DNA of 64,000 nucleotides, taken from positions 496,001-560,000 of the forward strand of contig JAANOX010000002.1 of assembly GCA_020184695.1 (NCBI GenBank). Reading direction: 5' to 3'. Below the pieces are notes generated by a model, which was not told the DNA's origin, did no database searches, and saw only the letters and a program-made list of their open reading frames with translations. The DNA comes from Histomonas meleagridis 2922-C6/04-290x (taxonomy: Eukaryota > Protista > Parabasalia). The position numbers and the translations under genes are program-made. The number at the start of each line of letters is the position of its first letter. Position 1 is the first letter of the stretch. This document shows, one piece after another, positions 24,189 through 34,828 of this stretch.

Positions 24189-24652
24189 CGTTTTCGATTA
24201 GGTGCTGTTTCATTCGAATGTTTATTTATGCATTTTGGTATGAAGATTGAAAAAAAAATTATTCAATTAATGACAATCATAAATATTTATGTTAAACCAC
24301 AAGCTCAGAAATATTTAAAAGAAAGTTTGGGAAATATTGGAAATACAATATTGACGAATTCATCATTCTTTGCATATCAGGCAATTGAATAACCATCATT
24401 AGAGAGATATAATTTTTCTCTTATAGAGAGAACATTTTTTATATCTCACCGAATAGAAATAAATTAATTTAAAAGAAATAAAAGAACAGATACTTGATAA
24501 TTACCAAATGGTTGCTCATAAATCAAATTATAATCCATTGGATTTAAAGTCAAAGTTTCCATCATTATGTGGAAAACAAAAGAGAAATTTACCCAAATTC
24601 ATTGAAGAAAAAGAATTGTATGAGAACAAGAAAAAGTAAAAAGAAGATGAGT

Positions 24653-25228
24653 TTAAAATATTTTACATATCTCTTTGTTTAGTATTTTTTCTTTCTTTGC
24701 CTGGTTTGCTTGGGTCATGTAGTTTTTTCTATTTAAAATTTCTTTTGCAAGTTCAGTGAACATTTCGGTGATATTTGTATTATTTAATGCTGATGTCTCG
24801 AAGAAGGTTGCACCTAATTTTTTTGCAAGATCTTCTCCTTCAGTTTTGCTGACAACCCGGACGTCTTCCTGATCACACTTATTCCCACAAAGAAAAACTG
24901 GATCCAAAATTATACCGCGATTCAGCTTGATATCACGATACCAAGATTTAACACCTTCGAAGCTCCAGCGAGAATCTATTGCATAAACAATAATAAAAGC
25001 ATTTGCCTTCCTCCGAAATGAAATACGAAGTGCAGAAAAGTCATCAGAACCTCCTATGTCAAGTATACTAAATTGAATATTTTTGTCATCAATTTTAATT
25101 GTACGCCTGTAAACATGCTCTATTATTGGATCGAAATTAGCTTCAAAAAAATCTTGCACAAATCGAATTGTAATTGCAGATTTTCCAGACGGACCAGATC
25201 CAAGCATCATCACAGAGAAGTCACACAT
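24653..25228 (-). CDS. Ras-family small GTPase with CAAX
   Basis: GSGPSGKS, FDPIIE, DIGG, NKCD, ETSA, C-terminal CKIF. Confidence 0.9.
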   Translation of the reverse strand: MCDFSVMMLGSGPSGKSAITIRFVQDFFEANFDPIIEHVYRRTIKIDDKNIQFSILDIGGSDDFSALRISFRRKANAFIIVYAIDSRWSFEGVKSWYRDIKLNRGIILDPVFLCGNKCDQEDVRVVSKTEGEDLAKKLGATFFETSALNNTNITEMFTELAKEILNRKNYMTQANQAKKEKILNKEICKIF

Positions 25229-25414
25229 AAAAAAATCCTTTAGGCAACTGCCTGATGAAGTCCATTGGACATGTCAAAAAATGCAAAAACGATCGAAACA
25301 AATACAAAAAGAGAAATTAGTCAAAATATTTTAAAGCTTAAAATAAAAACTGGAAAAACGAATTAATAATTATCAAACAACAAAGCCAAAAGCCTAAGCT
25401 TAATTCACATGTTT

Positions 25415-27982
25415 TTACTGAATTGCAAAAATATGATCGACATCTTCTTTTGTCCTTATCACAATTTCCTGACTTTCAACTTCGGTCTTCTTTATTGCCT
25501 CCAACTTCACAAGCTCGTTCATTGATAAGACGAAAAGTTCTTGTACCATTTGGTTTGCCCTTTCATTTTGGAGGAACAAAAGAAGAAACTCAGTCAGCGA
25601 CCTATCGAACAAAACGTTGATGAGGAAAGATACAATTTTCACTTCTTTTGGTGGTCGTTCGTTGAACTTAAAGAAATTGGGCTTATTGAATTTTCTAGAT
25701 AGACCATTGATCTTACTCCAAAGGAAAGCATATTCTTTTGAGCGTACAAGCAAGTGATTGTTTTTCACGATTATTGCCATTAATTGAATTAATGATGCAA
25801 TAATATATGATAGATCAGATGGTGGTCTTTTGCCAGCAAATTCGGTAGTAGGTATAAGTTCTTGAGTGATAGAGTTCATAAAACGTGGAATTCGATTTGA
25901 GAAAATGATATGAGGTGCATTAATTCCTTGATATGGAAGTGGTCCAAGTTTTGGCTCTACTTGATCAAAAGGCTTACATGATAATGCACAAATATCATTA
26001 CAGAATGAGTCACATCTCATGAATGCATCAGGGAAATAATTGTTGATGATAAAATCTTGTTCGTTCTTGACGGTTTCAAAGAAAAAGTTAATAAAACCGT
26101 GCTTGTAAAGTCCTATGAAAAAGTTCTCGAAATCGGTTTCCTCTGAAAATGACATCATCTTCAGCGACTCGTTGATGAGGCCGATCGGATACTTCAATAC
26201 GGCAAGTTGCTTGGAGATTTGCTTTAGCTTGCTGGAACGGCCTTGAAGGAAGAGCCCACATGCAGCAACTGGCTGTTGAGGAGGAGGAAGTTCCTTGAAT
26301 TGCTTCATGGTCTCAGTATATATGTCAAAAATCTCCTTAGGAGGAGTGTATCCTGAGCGTTTAAGGGCAGCCTGGAAGTTTGGTGGGAATGATTTGACAA
26401 TTTCTTCAATATCATATGTGCTTTGAAGAGTCTTGGTTTCACCAACCGTGGGCACAACCAAAGCGTTAGAGTACAAAATTGAGGAGAATGCGTTGTTAGG
26501 GACTTGGAATGGAATAATCTCTTCTTCAATATCTGGAATATCGAGAAATGGGTATGAACCTGGTTTCTCTTTAAGTCCAAATTGAGCACAGTTTTGGGAA
26601 ATTAGGGTTGTGATATCGGGCGGTTTCTCATTTCGAGGAAGTTGAGCTAATTTTTCAAGTTTGTCGTTCATACGACGCTGGAAATTCACTGGGTCATTGT
26701 ATAGTCTTGATTCGGAAACTTGTTTTTTGCTGACTTCAGATGTTTGAGATGCCTTCTTTGATTTAGATTGCTCTTTCTCGCTTTCGGGCCATGGGTTCTT
26801 ATCAGCTGGGATGAAATCTGAGGTCTCGATGACAACCGACTTCTTTGGTTTTGGTGCATTATCTTTTCCTTTTCCGAGAAGAGCATTCTTTTTCTTTTCC
26901 ATCTCATTGTTTTCCTTGGAAATGAACTGTGGGGTTTCTTTTTCTTTCTTTGGAGCAGGAGCTTCTTCATCATCGTTAACATTCTTTCCTGACTTCTTCT
27001 TAACTCTTTTTTTTGGTTTGTCTTTAGCTTTCCTAGACTTTGTCTTAATAACTTTCTTCTTCTTTTTAACTTGTTTCTTTTGTTCTTCGTCTTCTTTTTC
27101 GCTTTCTTCTTCTTTTTCAGCGGTTTGGGGTGCCCCTTCTTCCTCTTCTTCAAATTGGGGCAGTCCAAGAAAATCGTCATCTTCTTCCTCAACTTCTGCT
27201 TCGATTACGACATCGTTATGTTTTGCGCCATCATTAGCTTCGATGCTTTCGAATATTTCATCGGGAATATCAGGAATATTTGTCTCGCCAATGAAGAAAT
27301 CAGGAATTGTCTTAAGATCATCAGGCTCTGAGTTAACTGCAAGAATGAGTCTTCTTGAATCTTCGATTTTTTCACATGTGATTGTATTGGATGATACTCC
27401 ATTCTTATAAAGATGAATTTTGAGTGCTTCATTGAGATTTGGTAAAGCTTTGGTAACTGGGGCACGTGGTAATTCGACAACAGTTTTGCCTTGACGTGAA
27501 ATTGAAATACCATCATTCGTAATATATAAACGACTCTTAAGAAAAGATCCTTCCATGTTAAGCTTGCACTTAAATTCAGCAATTCTAAGTTTCAATCCTT
27601 TAATATCTTCAACTCCATTATTAATCCATTTTGCCCATAAGTCGATTGCTTTTTGATTCTTTGATTTTAACTTGATTGTGTGGATATTTTCGAACTCGTT
27701 TGACTGAAGAACAATGGATCTATGGTTTTTGCTTTTTTTAACAGAACATTCCCATTGTGGAAGGTAAAGGTTTAAAGTTGGGACAGTTTGTGTAGGATCA
27801 ACTATAAGTAAGAATGGGCCTGAAAGTTGGCATTGACGTTTAGTTGAATGCTTCTCATTAGATGTTGTATCATCAGTCCAGACAGAGAAAGGATGGTTTA
27901 ACATTCGCGCGAGGAGCTTATCAATTTCTACTGTATCACTTTCTACTTCCTCCTTAGTTACTTCTGTTGTTGTTGTAGCCAT
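25415..27982 (-). CDS. Hypothetical protein (possible PH-like N-terminus, acidic/basic low-complexity middle)
   Basis: Long ORF, likely start MATTTT at 27982; E-rich then K-rich central tract. Confidence 0.8.
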   Translation of the reverse strand: MATTTTEVTKEEVESDTVEIDKLLARMLNHPFSVWTDDTTSNEKHSTKRQCQLSGPFLLIVDPTQTVPTLNLYLPQWECSVKKSKNHRSIVLQSNEFENIHTIKLKSKNQKAIDLWAKWINNGVEDIKGLKLRIAEFKCKLNMEGSFLKSRLYITNDGISISRQGKTVVELPRAPVTKALPNLNEALKIHLYKNGVSSNTITCEKIEDSRRLILAVNSEPDDLKTIPDFFIGETNIPDIPDEIFESIEANDGAKHNDVVIEAEVEEEDDDFLGLPQFEEEEEGAPQTAEKEEESEKEDEEQKKQVKKKKKVIKTKSRKAKDKPKKRVKKKSGKNVNDDEEAPAPKKEKETPQFISKENNEMEKKKNALLGKGKDNAPKPKKSVVIETSDFIPADKNPWPESEKEQSKSKKASQTSEVSKKQVSESRLYNDPVNFQRRMNDKLEKLAQLPRNEKPPDITTLISQNCAQFGLKEKPGSYPFLDIPDIEEEIIPFQVPNNAFSSILYSNALVVPTVGETKTLQSTYDIEEIVKSFPPNFQAALKRSGYTPPKEIFDIYTETMKQFKELPPPQQPVAACGLFLQGRSSKLKQISKQLAVLKYPIGLINESLKMMSFSEETDFENFFIGLYKHGFINFFFETVKNEQDFIINNYFPDAFMRCDSFCNDICALSCKPFDQVEPKLGPLPYQGINAPHIIFSNRIPRFMNSITQELIPTTEFAGKRPPSDLSYIIASLIQLMAIIVKNNHLLVRSKEYAFLWSKINGLSRKFNKPNFFKFNERPPKEVKIVSFLINVLFDRSLTEFLLLFLQNERANQMVQELFVLSMNELVKLEAIKKTEVESQEIVIRTKEDVDHIFAIQ

Positions 27983-28506
27983 TTGTTGGTATTTTCTGCT
28001 ACTTCCAATTGAATGCAATTAACTTCCCTAACCGCTACTTTTGATCGAAAGTTGAGTTGTTTATTCAATTACTGGTTGTGCTCAACTCATAAATTGCTGC
28101 TAAACGCAAGTTACAAATCAAAACTTAGGTTAAAATATTTGCATTTTCATATAAATAAAAGGAGATATTGTGGGCGAATAACTTTTTTTAATTTTTTTAG
28201 GTAAAATGTTTTAAATTTAATTCCAATTAAACATATTTTTAAGAGGTTAAAAAAAGGTTATATGATGTTTAACTAAAGTGCATAGTTTTGAATATGATAA
28301 AGCAAAATGAATTGATTGTCAATTCATTATTTTTCATAATGCTTTTCAGATAATGTTCACTATCGAATCCAATTGAAGAAATTTTAAATATTCAATATTG
28401 TTCATGAAGATTAACGAGATATTTTTCGCTAAAGAAAAAAATCGATTCAAGCCTGAATAACGTATTTCTATAGAAGTGTCGATCATATAACCGTTCATAT
28501 TGTGTG

Positions 28507-28511
28507 CCTTT
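28507..28511 (+). promoter_or_regulatory. M5-type core promoter motif (CCTTT)
   Basis: CCTTT 4 nt before ATG 28516; no Inr nearby. Confidence 0.5.
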
Positions 28512-28515
28512 AAAA

Positions 28516-29442
28516 ATGGGAACAATTGGAGGTGATATCAAACAAATTTCTTCTGATTTATGGGATTGTAAGCTACCAACAAAAGAAGATGCTAAGCTCT
28601 TGTTAAACAAGGCAAAAGAAATTCTTACATCAGAGCCAACTATCCTTAAATTAAACGCACCAATTACTGTTTGTGGTGATATTCATGGACAATTTTATGA
28701 TCTTTTAGAACTATTTGCAGTAGGAGGTCGACCTCCAGAACAAAATTTCATATTTCTTGGAGATTATGTAGATCGAGGTTATTATAGTACCGAAACCTTT
28801 TTCCTTCTTCTTTCTCTCAAGATACTTTATCCTCGTAAGATTTATCTTTTAAGAGGGAATCATGAAAGTCAACAAGTAACTGAAGATTATGGCTTTTATG
28901 AAGAAATCATACGGAAATATAATGATACAGAACTTTATCACCAATGCATTGAAGTATTCAATGCGCTTCCGCTCTCAGCGACCATTAACAAGAGCATTTT
29001 ATGTGTTCATGGCGGGCTTAGTCCAGATCTCAAATATCTTTCCGATATTTCTGACTTGGATCGTTTTCAAGAACCACCACAGTATGGTCTTTTCTCTGAT
29101 ATTCTTTGGTCTGATCCAGATGATCGAGATGGATTTAATCAGTCACCTCGCGGAGCAGGTTATGTGTTTGGAGGGGATGTAACAAAAGCTTTTTTGCAAC
29201 AGAATGAGTTACAGTTCATCTGTAGAGCACACCAAGTCGCTAACGATGGATACGAAAAATGGTTCAACGGTTTGCTATACACTGTGTGGTCAGCGCCAAA
29301 CTACTGCTACAGGGGCGGAAACTTAGCATCAATATTCGAAATAACAACTCCGACAAGGACAAAATTTAAATTGTTTAAAGAGGCGCCGGCAAGCGCAAGA
29401 GGAAATATTCCACAAACTGAAGTACCGCGTTACTTTGTGTAG
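28516..29442 (+). CDS. PPP Ser/Thr phosphatase catalytic subunit, PP2A/PP4/PP6 clade
   Basis: GDIHGQ, GDYVDRG, RGNHE, SAPNYCYRGGN; C-terminal PRYFV resembles the YFL tail. Confidence 0.95.
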   Translation: MGTIGGDIKQISSDLWDCKLPTKEDAKLLLNKAKEILTSEPTILKLNAPITVCGDIHGQFYDLLELFAVGGRPPEQNFIFLGDYVDRGYYSTETFFLLLSLKILYPRKIYLLRGNHESQQVTEDYGFYEEIIRKYNDTELYHQCIEVFNALPLSATINKSILCVHGGLSPDLKYLSDISDLDRFQEPPQYGLFSDILWSDPDDRDGFNQSPRGAGYVFGGDVTKAFLQQNELQFICRAHQVANDGYEKWFNGLLYTVWSAPNYCYRGGNLASIFEITTPTRTKFKLFKEAPASARGNIPQTEVPRYFV

Positions 29443-30203
29443 ATAAATATCAAATAATTTTGGTTTGAAAAAAAATAAATTGATAAGGTTAAATGCTTTT
29501 GAGGAATTCATCGAATCTTAGTTCTAAATAAATGATATCATTTTGTTTATTAATAAATTTAAAGACATAATGCAAATTATGATTGAAAAATATAAGAATT
29601 ATTATATAAGCTTAAAGCAGAGGGTGACAATCGGATTTGAATGGAAAACGATTAAAGGGCCCCATTTGGATAAACTAATCAATTAATTATTGTCACTTTT
29701 TATTTGCTTCCAAAAAAAAAAAACAACAAAAATCATTCAAAATGCTTTTTTAACAAAAATAATGAACTGGAACTGAAAGGCTAAGGATTATATTCAAGGT
29801 CTTCCATCATACCTTCAAATTGATCGATTGAAATGGTACGACCAAATATATATTGAATTTTAAATAAACAATATCTTAAAATTTAGTTGGTAAAAGTTTT
29901 AATAATTGTTATATTTCATTGAAATAAGTATGCAAATGATTATTTTAGGATTAAAAAAAAATCGTAGGAGCGAATTTCGCAAAAAAATGATTTTAGTTTT
30001 TGTATGTAAAGTATTCAAACAAACAACTTTTACAATTGTTTTTAATCGTGAATTTCACTTTTTGTATTTCTTTCACTTTTTGAGCTCGTTTTTATCGTCG
30101 CGTGTTAAACTCAAATTCAGCTACACATTCCTTTTTGAATTTTATTTCAAAAAAATTTTATAGCCTCCATCAAAAAGTTAAAACCGTTAGATGCATCCCC
30201 AGA

Positions 30204-30821
30204 ATGTGTAGTTTTTTCTTCAGAAAGCTTTTCCATGCAAGGAGGGCGCGTAGGTCAGGTAACAAAGATACTGACATAAGTGTACACAATGTAAAGATGG
30301 CTACTTATGGTTATGGAGCTTCTGGCAAAACATGCTTGGTAACTCGTTTGTTTCAAAATGAATTCACTGAAGAGTACGACCCCACTATAGAAGAAACATT
30401 TAAAAAATATGTTATATATAATTTTCGGCAAGTATTGGTAGAAATAGTCGACCAATGTGACATATTATCAGATTTAAGCATTATAACAACATATAAGCAC
30501 GTAAAGCCAAATTGCATGATCTATGTATACTCTATAGATTGCTATGATACGTTCACTCAATTATCAGTTTTTCACAACAAATTGAAGGAATTTTTAGAAC
30601 CTGATACGCCAATCATTGTGTGTGGCAATAAGCTTGATTTAGAAAATGAACGCCGTGTTTCAAGAGAAGAAGGAGAAGCTTTCGCGCAACAAATTAATGC
30701 ATATTTTGTAGAAACATCTGCAAAAACAGGTCAAGGCATTAGCGATGAACTAATTTTGATACCACTTATTTCAAAGTACGAAAAATTACTTAACGATAAT
30801 TATATACCACCAGTTTATTAA
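30204..30821 (+). CDS. Divergent Ras-like GTPase without CAAX, with a Cys/basic N-terminal extension
   Basis: GYGASGKT, EYDPTIE, G3 DQCD, NKLD, ETSA; begins MCSFFFRKLFHARRARR. Confidence 0.82.
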   Translation: MCSFFFRKLFHARRARRSGNKDTDISVHNVKMATYGYGASGKTCLVTRLFQNEFTEEYDPTIEETFKKYVIYNFRQVLVEIVDQCDILSDLSIITTYKHVKPNCMIYVYSIDCYDTFTQLSVFHNKLKEFLEPDTPIIVCGNKLDLENERRVSREEGEAFAQQINAYFVETSAKTGQGISDELILIPLISKYEKLLNDNYIPPVY

Positions 30822-31291
30822 AGAATAATTTGAATTGTCCATGTTATGTTACCAGAAAGAAATAACTTTATTAATTGTTATAAAATAGAAATTACGTTTG
30901 TAAAGTATTTTCATATTAAATATATGTTATAAACAAAAATTCAATTCAATATATATTCAATAAGATAAAACATACTTCAATATGCATCACGTGGTATCAT
31001 TAATAAACAACCTATACCTAATCGTTTTTATCTCTTTAATAGCTTCAGCTGACATATCTAAATATCAAATTAAAAAAAATGAATTTTAAATTTGATCACA
31101 TTTACTAAATTTAGTAAAACAAGTCAAATTATTTTCTTTGCCGCATTTTACACATTTTGTTTGTAAATACGCCAAATCTATATATAATGCTAAAGGCGTT
31201 AGATTTAACTCTGCAACCCACATCAAGTTTGAAAACGATAAATGATTTTTGAATATAATTCGGATCAAAAACCATTTAAATTCCCTATCGT

Positions 31292-33094
31292 TCATTCTTC
31301 TTCTTCATGATCAAATGTAACGCTGTCTGTTTCAATTCTTTCAACATCACTTCTCGGAATGTTTTCATCTAGAAAATCCGAATCAAAATCACTGTTTTCG
31401 AAACTTTCAAATTTCACATCATTTTCTTCAGTTTCATTCATTGAATTACTTTCGCTTGCTTCATCATCATTTTCAATATTTTCTAAATCTATTTTATCGT
31501 TCAATAAGAGAATATCAGATTGCGAAAAATTATCATTTCCCAAACTTTCTTCATTTGTATCAATTTCTTCCATTTTATTAATGCGATTATTATCTTTTTT
31601 TGCAATTTCATGAATGAAATTATCCGATTGCGAAGAGTTCTCTGCGCTTTTGCTCATTTGGTCGAAGATTTCCTTATTAATGAAACGAAGACTTCCTTTT
31701 CCCGAGCTCTTATTAATAGAATTATCTGATTGAGAATTTTCATTTGTATTAATATCTTTAATTTTGTTTATTGTTCTTTTGTTATTGTAATTGATATCTT
31801 TTTTATCAATAGAATTATCTGATTGTGAATTTTCAATTTCCAAACTTTTTTCCATTTTATTTATTATTTCATTATGTAAATTTTCTTTTTCTGTTTTTTC
31901 ATCAATAGAATTATCTGATTGAGAATTTTCGCTTATATTGATATCTTCCATTTTGTTTATTGTTCTTTTGTTATTGAAATTATTTTCTTTTTCTGCATTT
32001 TCATTGAAAGAATTTTCTGTTTGTGAAGAATTTTCATTTTCTGAACTTTTCTCATTTAGAATTCTAGAAACGATTTTGCTTATTATTTCTTTATCAATAG
32101 CATCGATGTTATCTTTTTCTTCATTTTCATTAATAGAATTATCTGATTGCGATTTTTCACTTTCTGAACTTTTTTCATTTGTCTTGTTTTGTACAATTTT
32201 ATCAATTATTTTATTAATAACATTTTCTTCATTATGAGAATTATCTGATTGCGAATTTTCATTTTCTGAACTTTTTTCTTTTCTTATTATATTATTTTTA
32301 TTATTTTGCTTAATGAAATGTTTTTCTTTTTCATCTTCTTTACCAAAAGTATTCGAATCATTATTATAATTATTTGAATATTTCTGCCGTAACTGATTCA
32401 ACGAATTATGTATATTAGCAGAAACTTCATAAAGAACTCCAAAAATTTTTTCTTCATTTGAGAGAATTTCATTGCAAAGTGATGCAACTGATGGACGCAA
32501 ACGTGGAATAGATATTTCCTTTGAGCGTGCCATTTCTCTGATTGGTGGTGTGGTGTAGCCAAGGTTAACAGAGGCATGAAAAGACTCAATTGACGGCTCC
32601 ACAAAGCAGGAACTATTGATATCAACGAGTCGAAGTGGTTTTATATTGGAGATTAAATGACCTTTTTTAAGGTGTGGAAGGATGGATTCTTTGAGAGTGG
32701 CGGCTTTTTTCTTTTGTTCATTTTTGACACGTTCATTATTTACAAACTCAAGTTGGAGACCAAAAGCAATTAAACACATAATTTGATAGTATGAATTGTG
32801 AATAAGAGGTGTACCTTTGATGGAAACTTTACGGAGTTTAGGAAGCTCAGGAATTGAAGCAAAGGATTTGAGTGGATTATAATCAAGAACTAATTCTGTA
32901 AGTTTATTTAACTGAGGAAACCCATTAAAGTCATTAATTTTATTTCGTGATAAATCGATATAAAATGTATTTTGTGGAAATTTAACTTCAGAAAAAGATT
33001 TAATTTTTTTCTGTACTTTTACTACATAGATAAGAGGTGGTTTATGTTGCCTTGATTTATCTTCTGTTCTATCTTTTTGTGTATGTGTTATCAT
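31292..33094 (-). CDS. Leucine-rich-repeat protein with an N/E/S-rich repetitive C-terminus
   Basis: IDLSRNKI, LTELVLDYNPL, LRKVSIKGTPL LRRs plus an LRR cap; recurrent ENSQSDNS motif in the tail. Confidence 0.8.
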   Translation of the reverse strand: MITHTQKDRTEDKSRQHKPPLIYVVKVQKKIKSFSEVKFPQNTFYIDLSRNKINDFNGFPQLNKLTELVLDYNPLKSFASIPELPKLRKVSIKGTPLIHNSYYQIMCLIAFGLQLEFVNNERVKNEQKKKAATLKESILPHLKKGHLISNIKPLRLVDINSSCFVEPSIESFHASVNLGYTTPPIREMARSKEISIPRLRPSVASLCNEILSNEEKIFGVLYEVSANIHNSLNQLRQKYSNNYNNDSNTFGKEDEKEKHFIKQNNKNNIIRKEKSSENENSQSDNSHNEENVINKIIDKIVQNKTNEKSSESEKSQSDNSINENEEKDNIDAIDKEIISKIVSRILNEKSSENENSSQTENSFNENAEKENNFNNKRTINKMEDINISENSQSDNSIDEKTEKENLHNEIINKMEKSLEIENSQSDNSIDKKDINYNNKRTINKIKDINTNENSQSDNSINKSSGKGSLRFINKEIFDQMSKSAENSSQSDNFIHEIAKKDNNRINKMEEIDTNEESLGNDNFSQSDILLLNDKIDLENIENDDEASESNSMNETEENDVKFESFENSDFDSDFLDENIPRSDVERIETDSVTFDHEEEE

Positions 33095-33326
33095 TTAGGA
33101 TTAATTTGAGCGCCAGAATCACTTTTTGAGTAAACTTAAAAGTTGGCACAACAACACATCATCACTTTCATAAATATTTACATTTTAACACGAAGAAATA
33201 TTTCTTCAATTATTTTTATAAATTCACTCATTTTTCATAAAATAAAAGAAAATTTCCAAAACACATTCTGATTAGATGAAAAAGATTTAAGATTCATATT
33301 ATTTTAAATGCTTTACTTTATAAACT

Positions 33327-34739
33327 TTAGAAAATTGAATACTCGGGCAGTTTATCGTTTTTTGCTATGTACTCGAACATCCATTCCTGAAACATTTCTA
33401 TAATCTCTGTGTCATAAGTTTCGATGGAAGCTTCCATTAAATTCATCAAAATGTTTTCATTAATTTTTTCATGACTGAATTCCTCATTTTTCAGGATTGG
33501 GAGCACACTTTCGTTTTGTAATAATTCCAATTTTTGTTGTTTTGTACAATGCACAAAATTAACATTTAGGAATTCGATTAAAGAATTTTCGTCAAATATT
33601 TCATCACTTAAATTCTTTATATTCTTATCGTCGATATTTAAGTTAACATTATCGAATTGACAACTAATTATCTCTGATATAAAGTCATCGAATTCTTGCG
33701 ACTCGCCAATGATTTCGCTAATTTCACGCGTATCAAATAATTGTTTTATCGACGGCCATAATTTCCGTATACGTGATATTAAGTTGTTTCGTATTTCTTC
33801 ACTTTGATTGTTCCGAAGAATTTCATTCATTGACCAAAAGATAAATGGAAGAAATACTTGTAAATTAGGATCTAATGTCGAAGTAACTTCATCAAGAAGT
33901 TGATATGAACTATCAATGAAAATAAGAAATGAGCCACGAAGTGAAAGAACACGTGACTTATGAATTAAATGCGTGAATAAAAAGATGAATAAATTATCAG
34001 TCGAAAATAAATCATGAATTATCGTGAAGGAATTGTTGGATAAAAGAAGCAGTTCATAGATAATATCGTTTTCAACATGTATTTCTTCTTTAATTATCTC
34101 TTGGAGGAGAGATTTGTTGATGTGGAATTTGAAAATGTTATTAAGAACAACTGAAGAGAGCCAAGATTGACATTCTATGGGTCCCCCTGTGAGAAAATGA
34201 AGAATATCTTGATCAAATACTGTATTTCCTCCACCAATTAAAGGTGATAAATGTTTGCTTAATTGACCTGTTAATGTGTTAATATTTGATTCATACTTTA
34301 AATAAGCTGAATATATTTTTTCGCCTGTTTCTTTTGTTCCATTTTTTTCTGCATAAAAATTTTGAAATTCTGTTTCATTTTTTGTTAGTAAATATTGACA
34401 TAATGTAATAACCTCCAAAGTTTTTTCATCATTTTCAATATCATTTTTTGAAATTTGAAGTAATTTCAATCTAATATCTTCATCATTTGAAAAAATAACT
34501 AATTCCAGAATGTGAAACAGAGTTGGCTGAATTGATTCTGGTGCGTGTGCTTTGTAAAGCGAGTAATACTTTGCTGAAACCTGACTGTTCGATAAGTTAC
34601 CAGATTGGTACTGCGCAAACGCGAAGAGGCAGTCGCGCGTGAACTCCTCCTCGCCCACTGCCTCCTCCGGCACCTCAGTCCGCACCGCTGCGCTCGCTCC
34701 GTCCCACGTCAGAATGGTGCCGCTCTCCAGCCAAATCAT
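33327..34739 (-). CDS. Hypothetical protein
   Basis: About 470-aa ORF from ATG 34739 (MIWLESG); no recognisable family. Confidence 0.72.
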   Translation of the reverse strand: MIWLESGTILTWDGASAAVRTEVPEEAVGEEEFTRDCLFAFAQYQSGNLSNSQVSAKYYSLYKAHAPESIQPTLFHILELVIFSNDEDIRLKLLQISKNDIENDEKTLEVITLCQYLLTKNETEFQNFYAEKNGTKETGEKIYSAYLKYESNINTLTGQLSKHLSPLIGGGNTVFDQDILHFLTGGPIECQSWLSSVVLNNIFKFHINKSLLQEIIKEEIHVENDIIYELLLLSNNSFTIIHDLFSTDNLFIFLFTHLIHKSRVLSLRGSFLIFIDSSYQLLDEVTSTLDPNLQVFLPFIFWSMNEILRNNQSEEIRNNLISRIRKLWPSIKQLFDTREISEIIGESQEFDDFISEIISCQFDNVNLNIDDKNIKNLSDEIFDENSLIEFLNVNFVHCTKQQKLELLQNESVLPILKNEEFSHEKINENILMNLMEASIETYDTEIIEMFQEWMFEYIAKNDKLPEYSIF

Positions 34740-34828
34740 TTGGCAACAGACGCGACACAAAAAGTGGAAATGTCAACACAGAAAATGCAAAAATTAAAAA
34801 CTTAACTGTTTAAGAGATAACTTGATGT

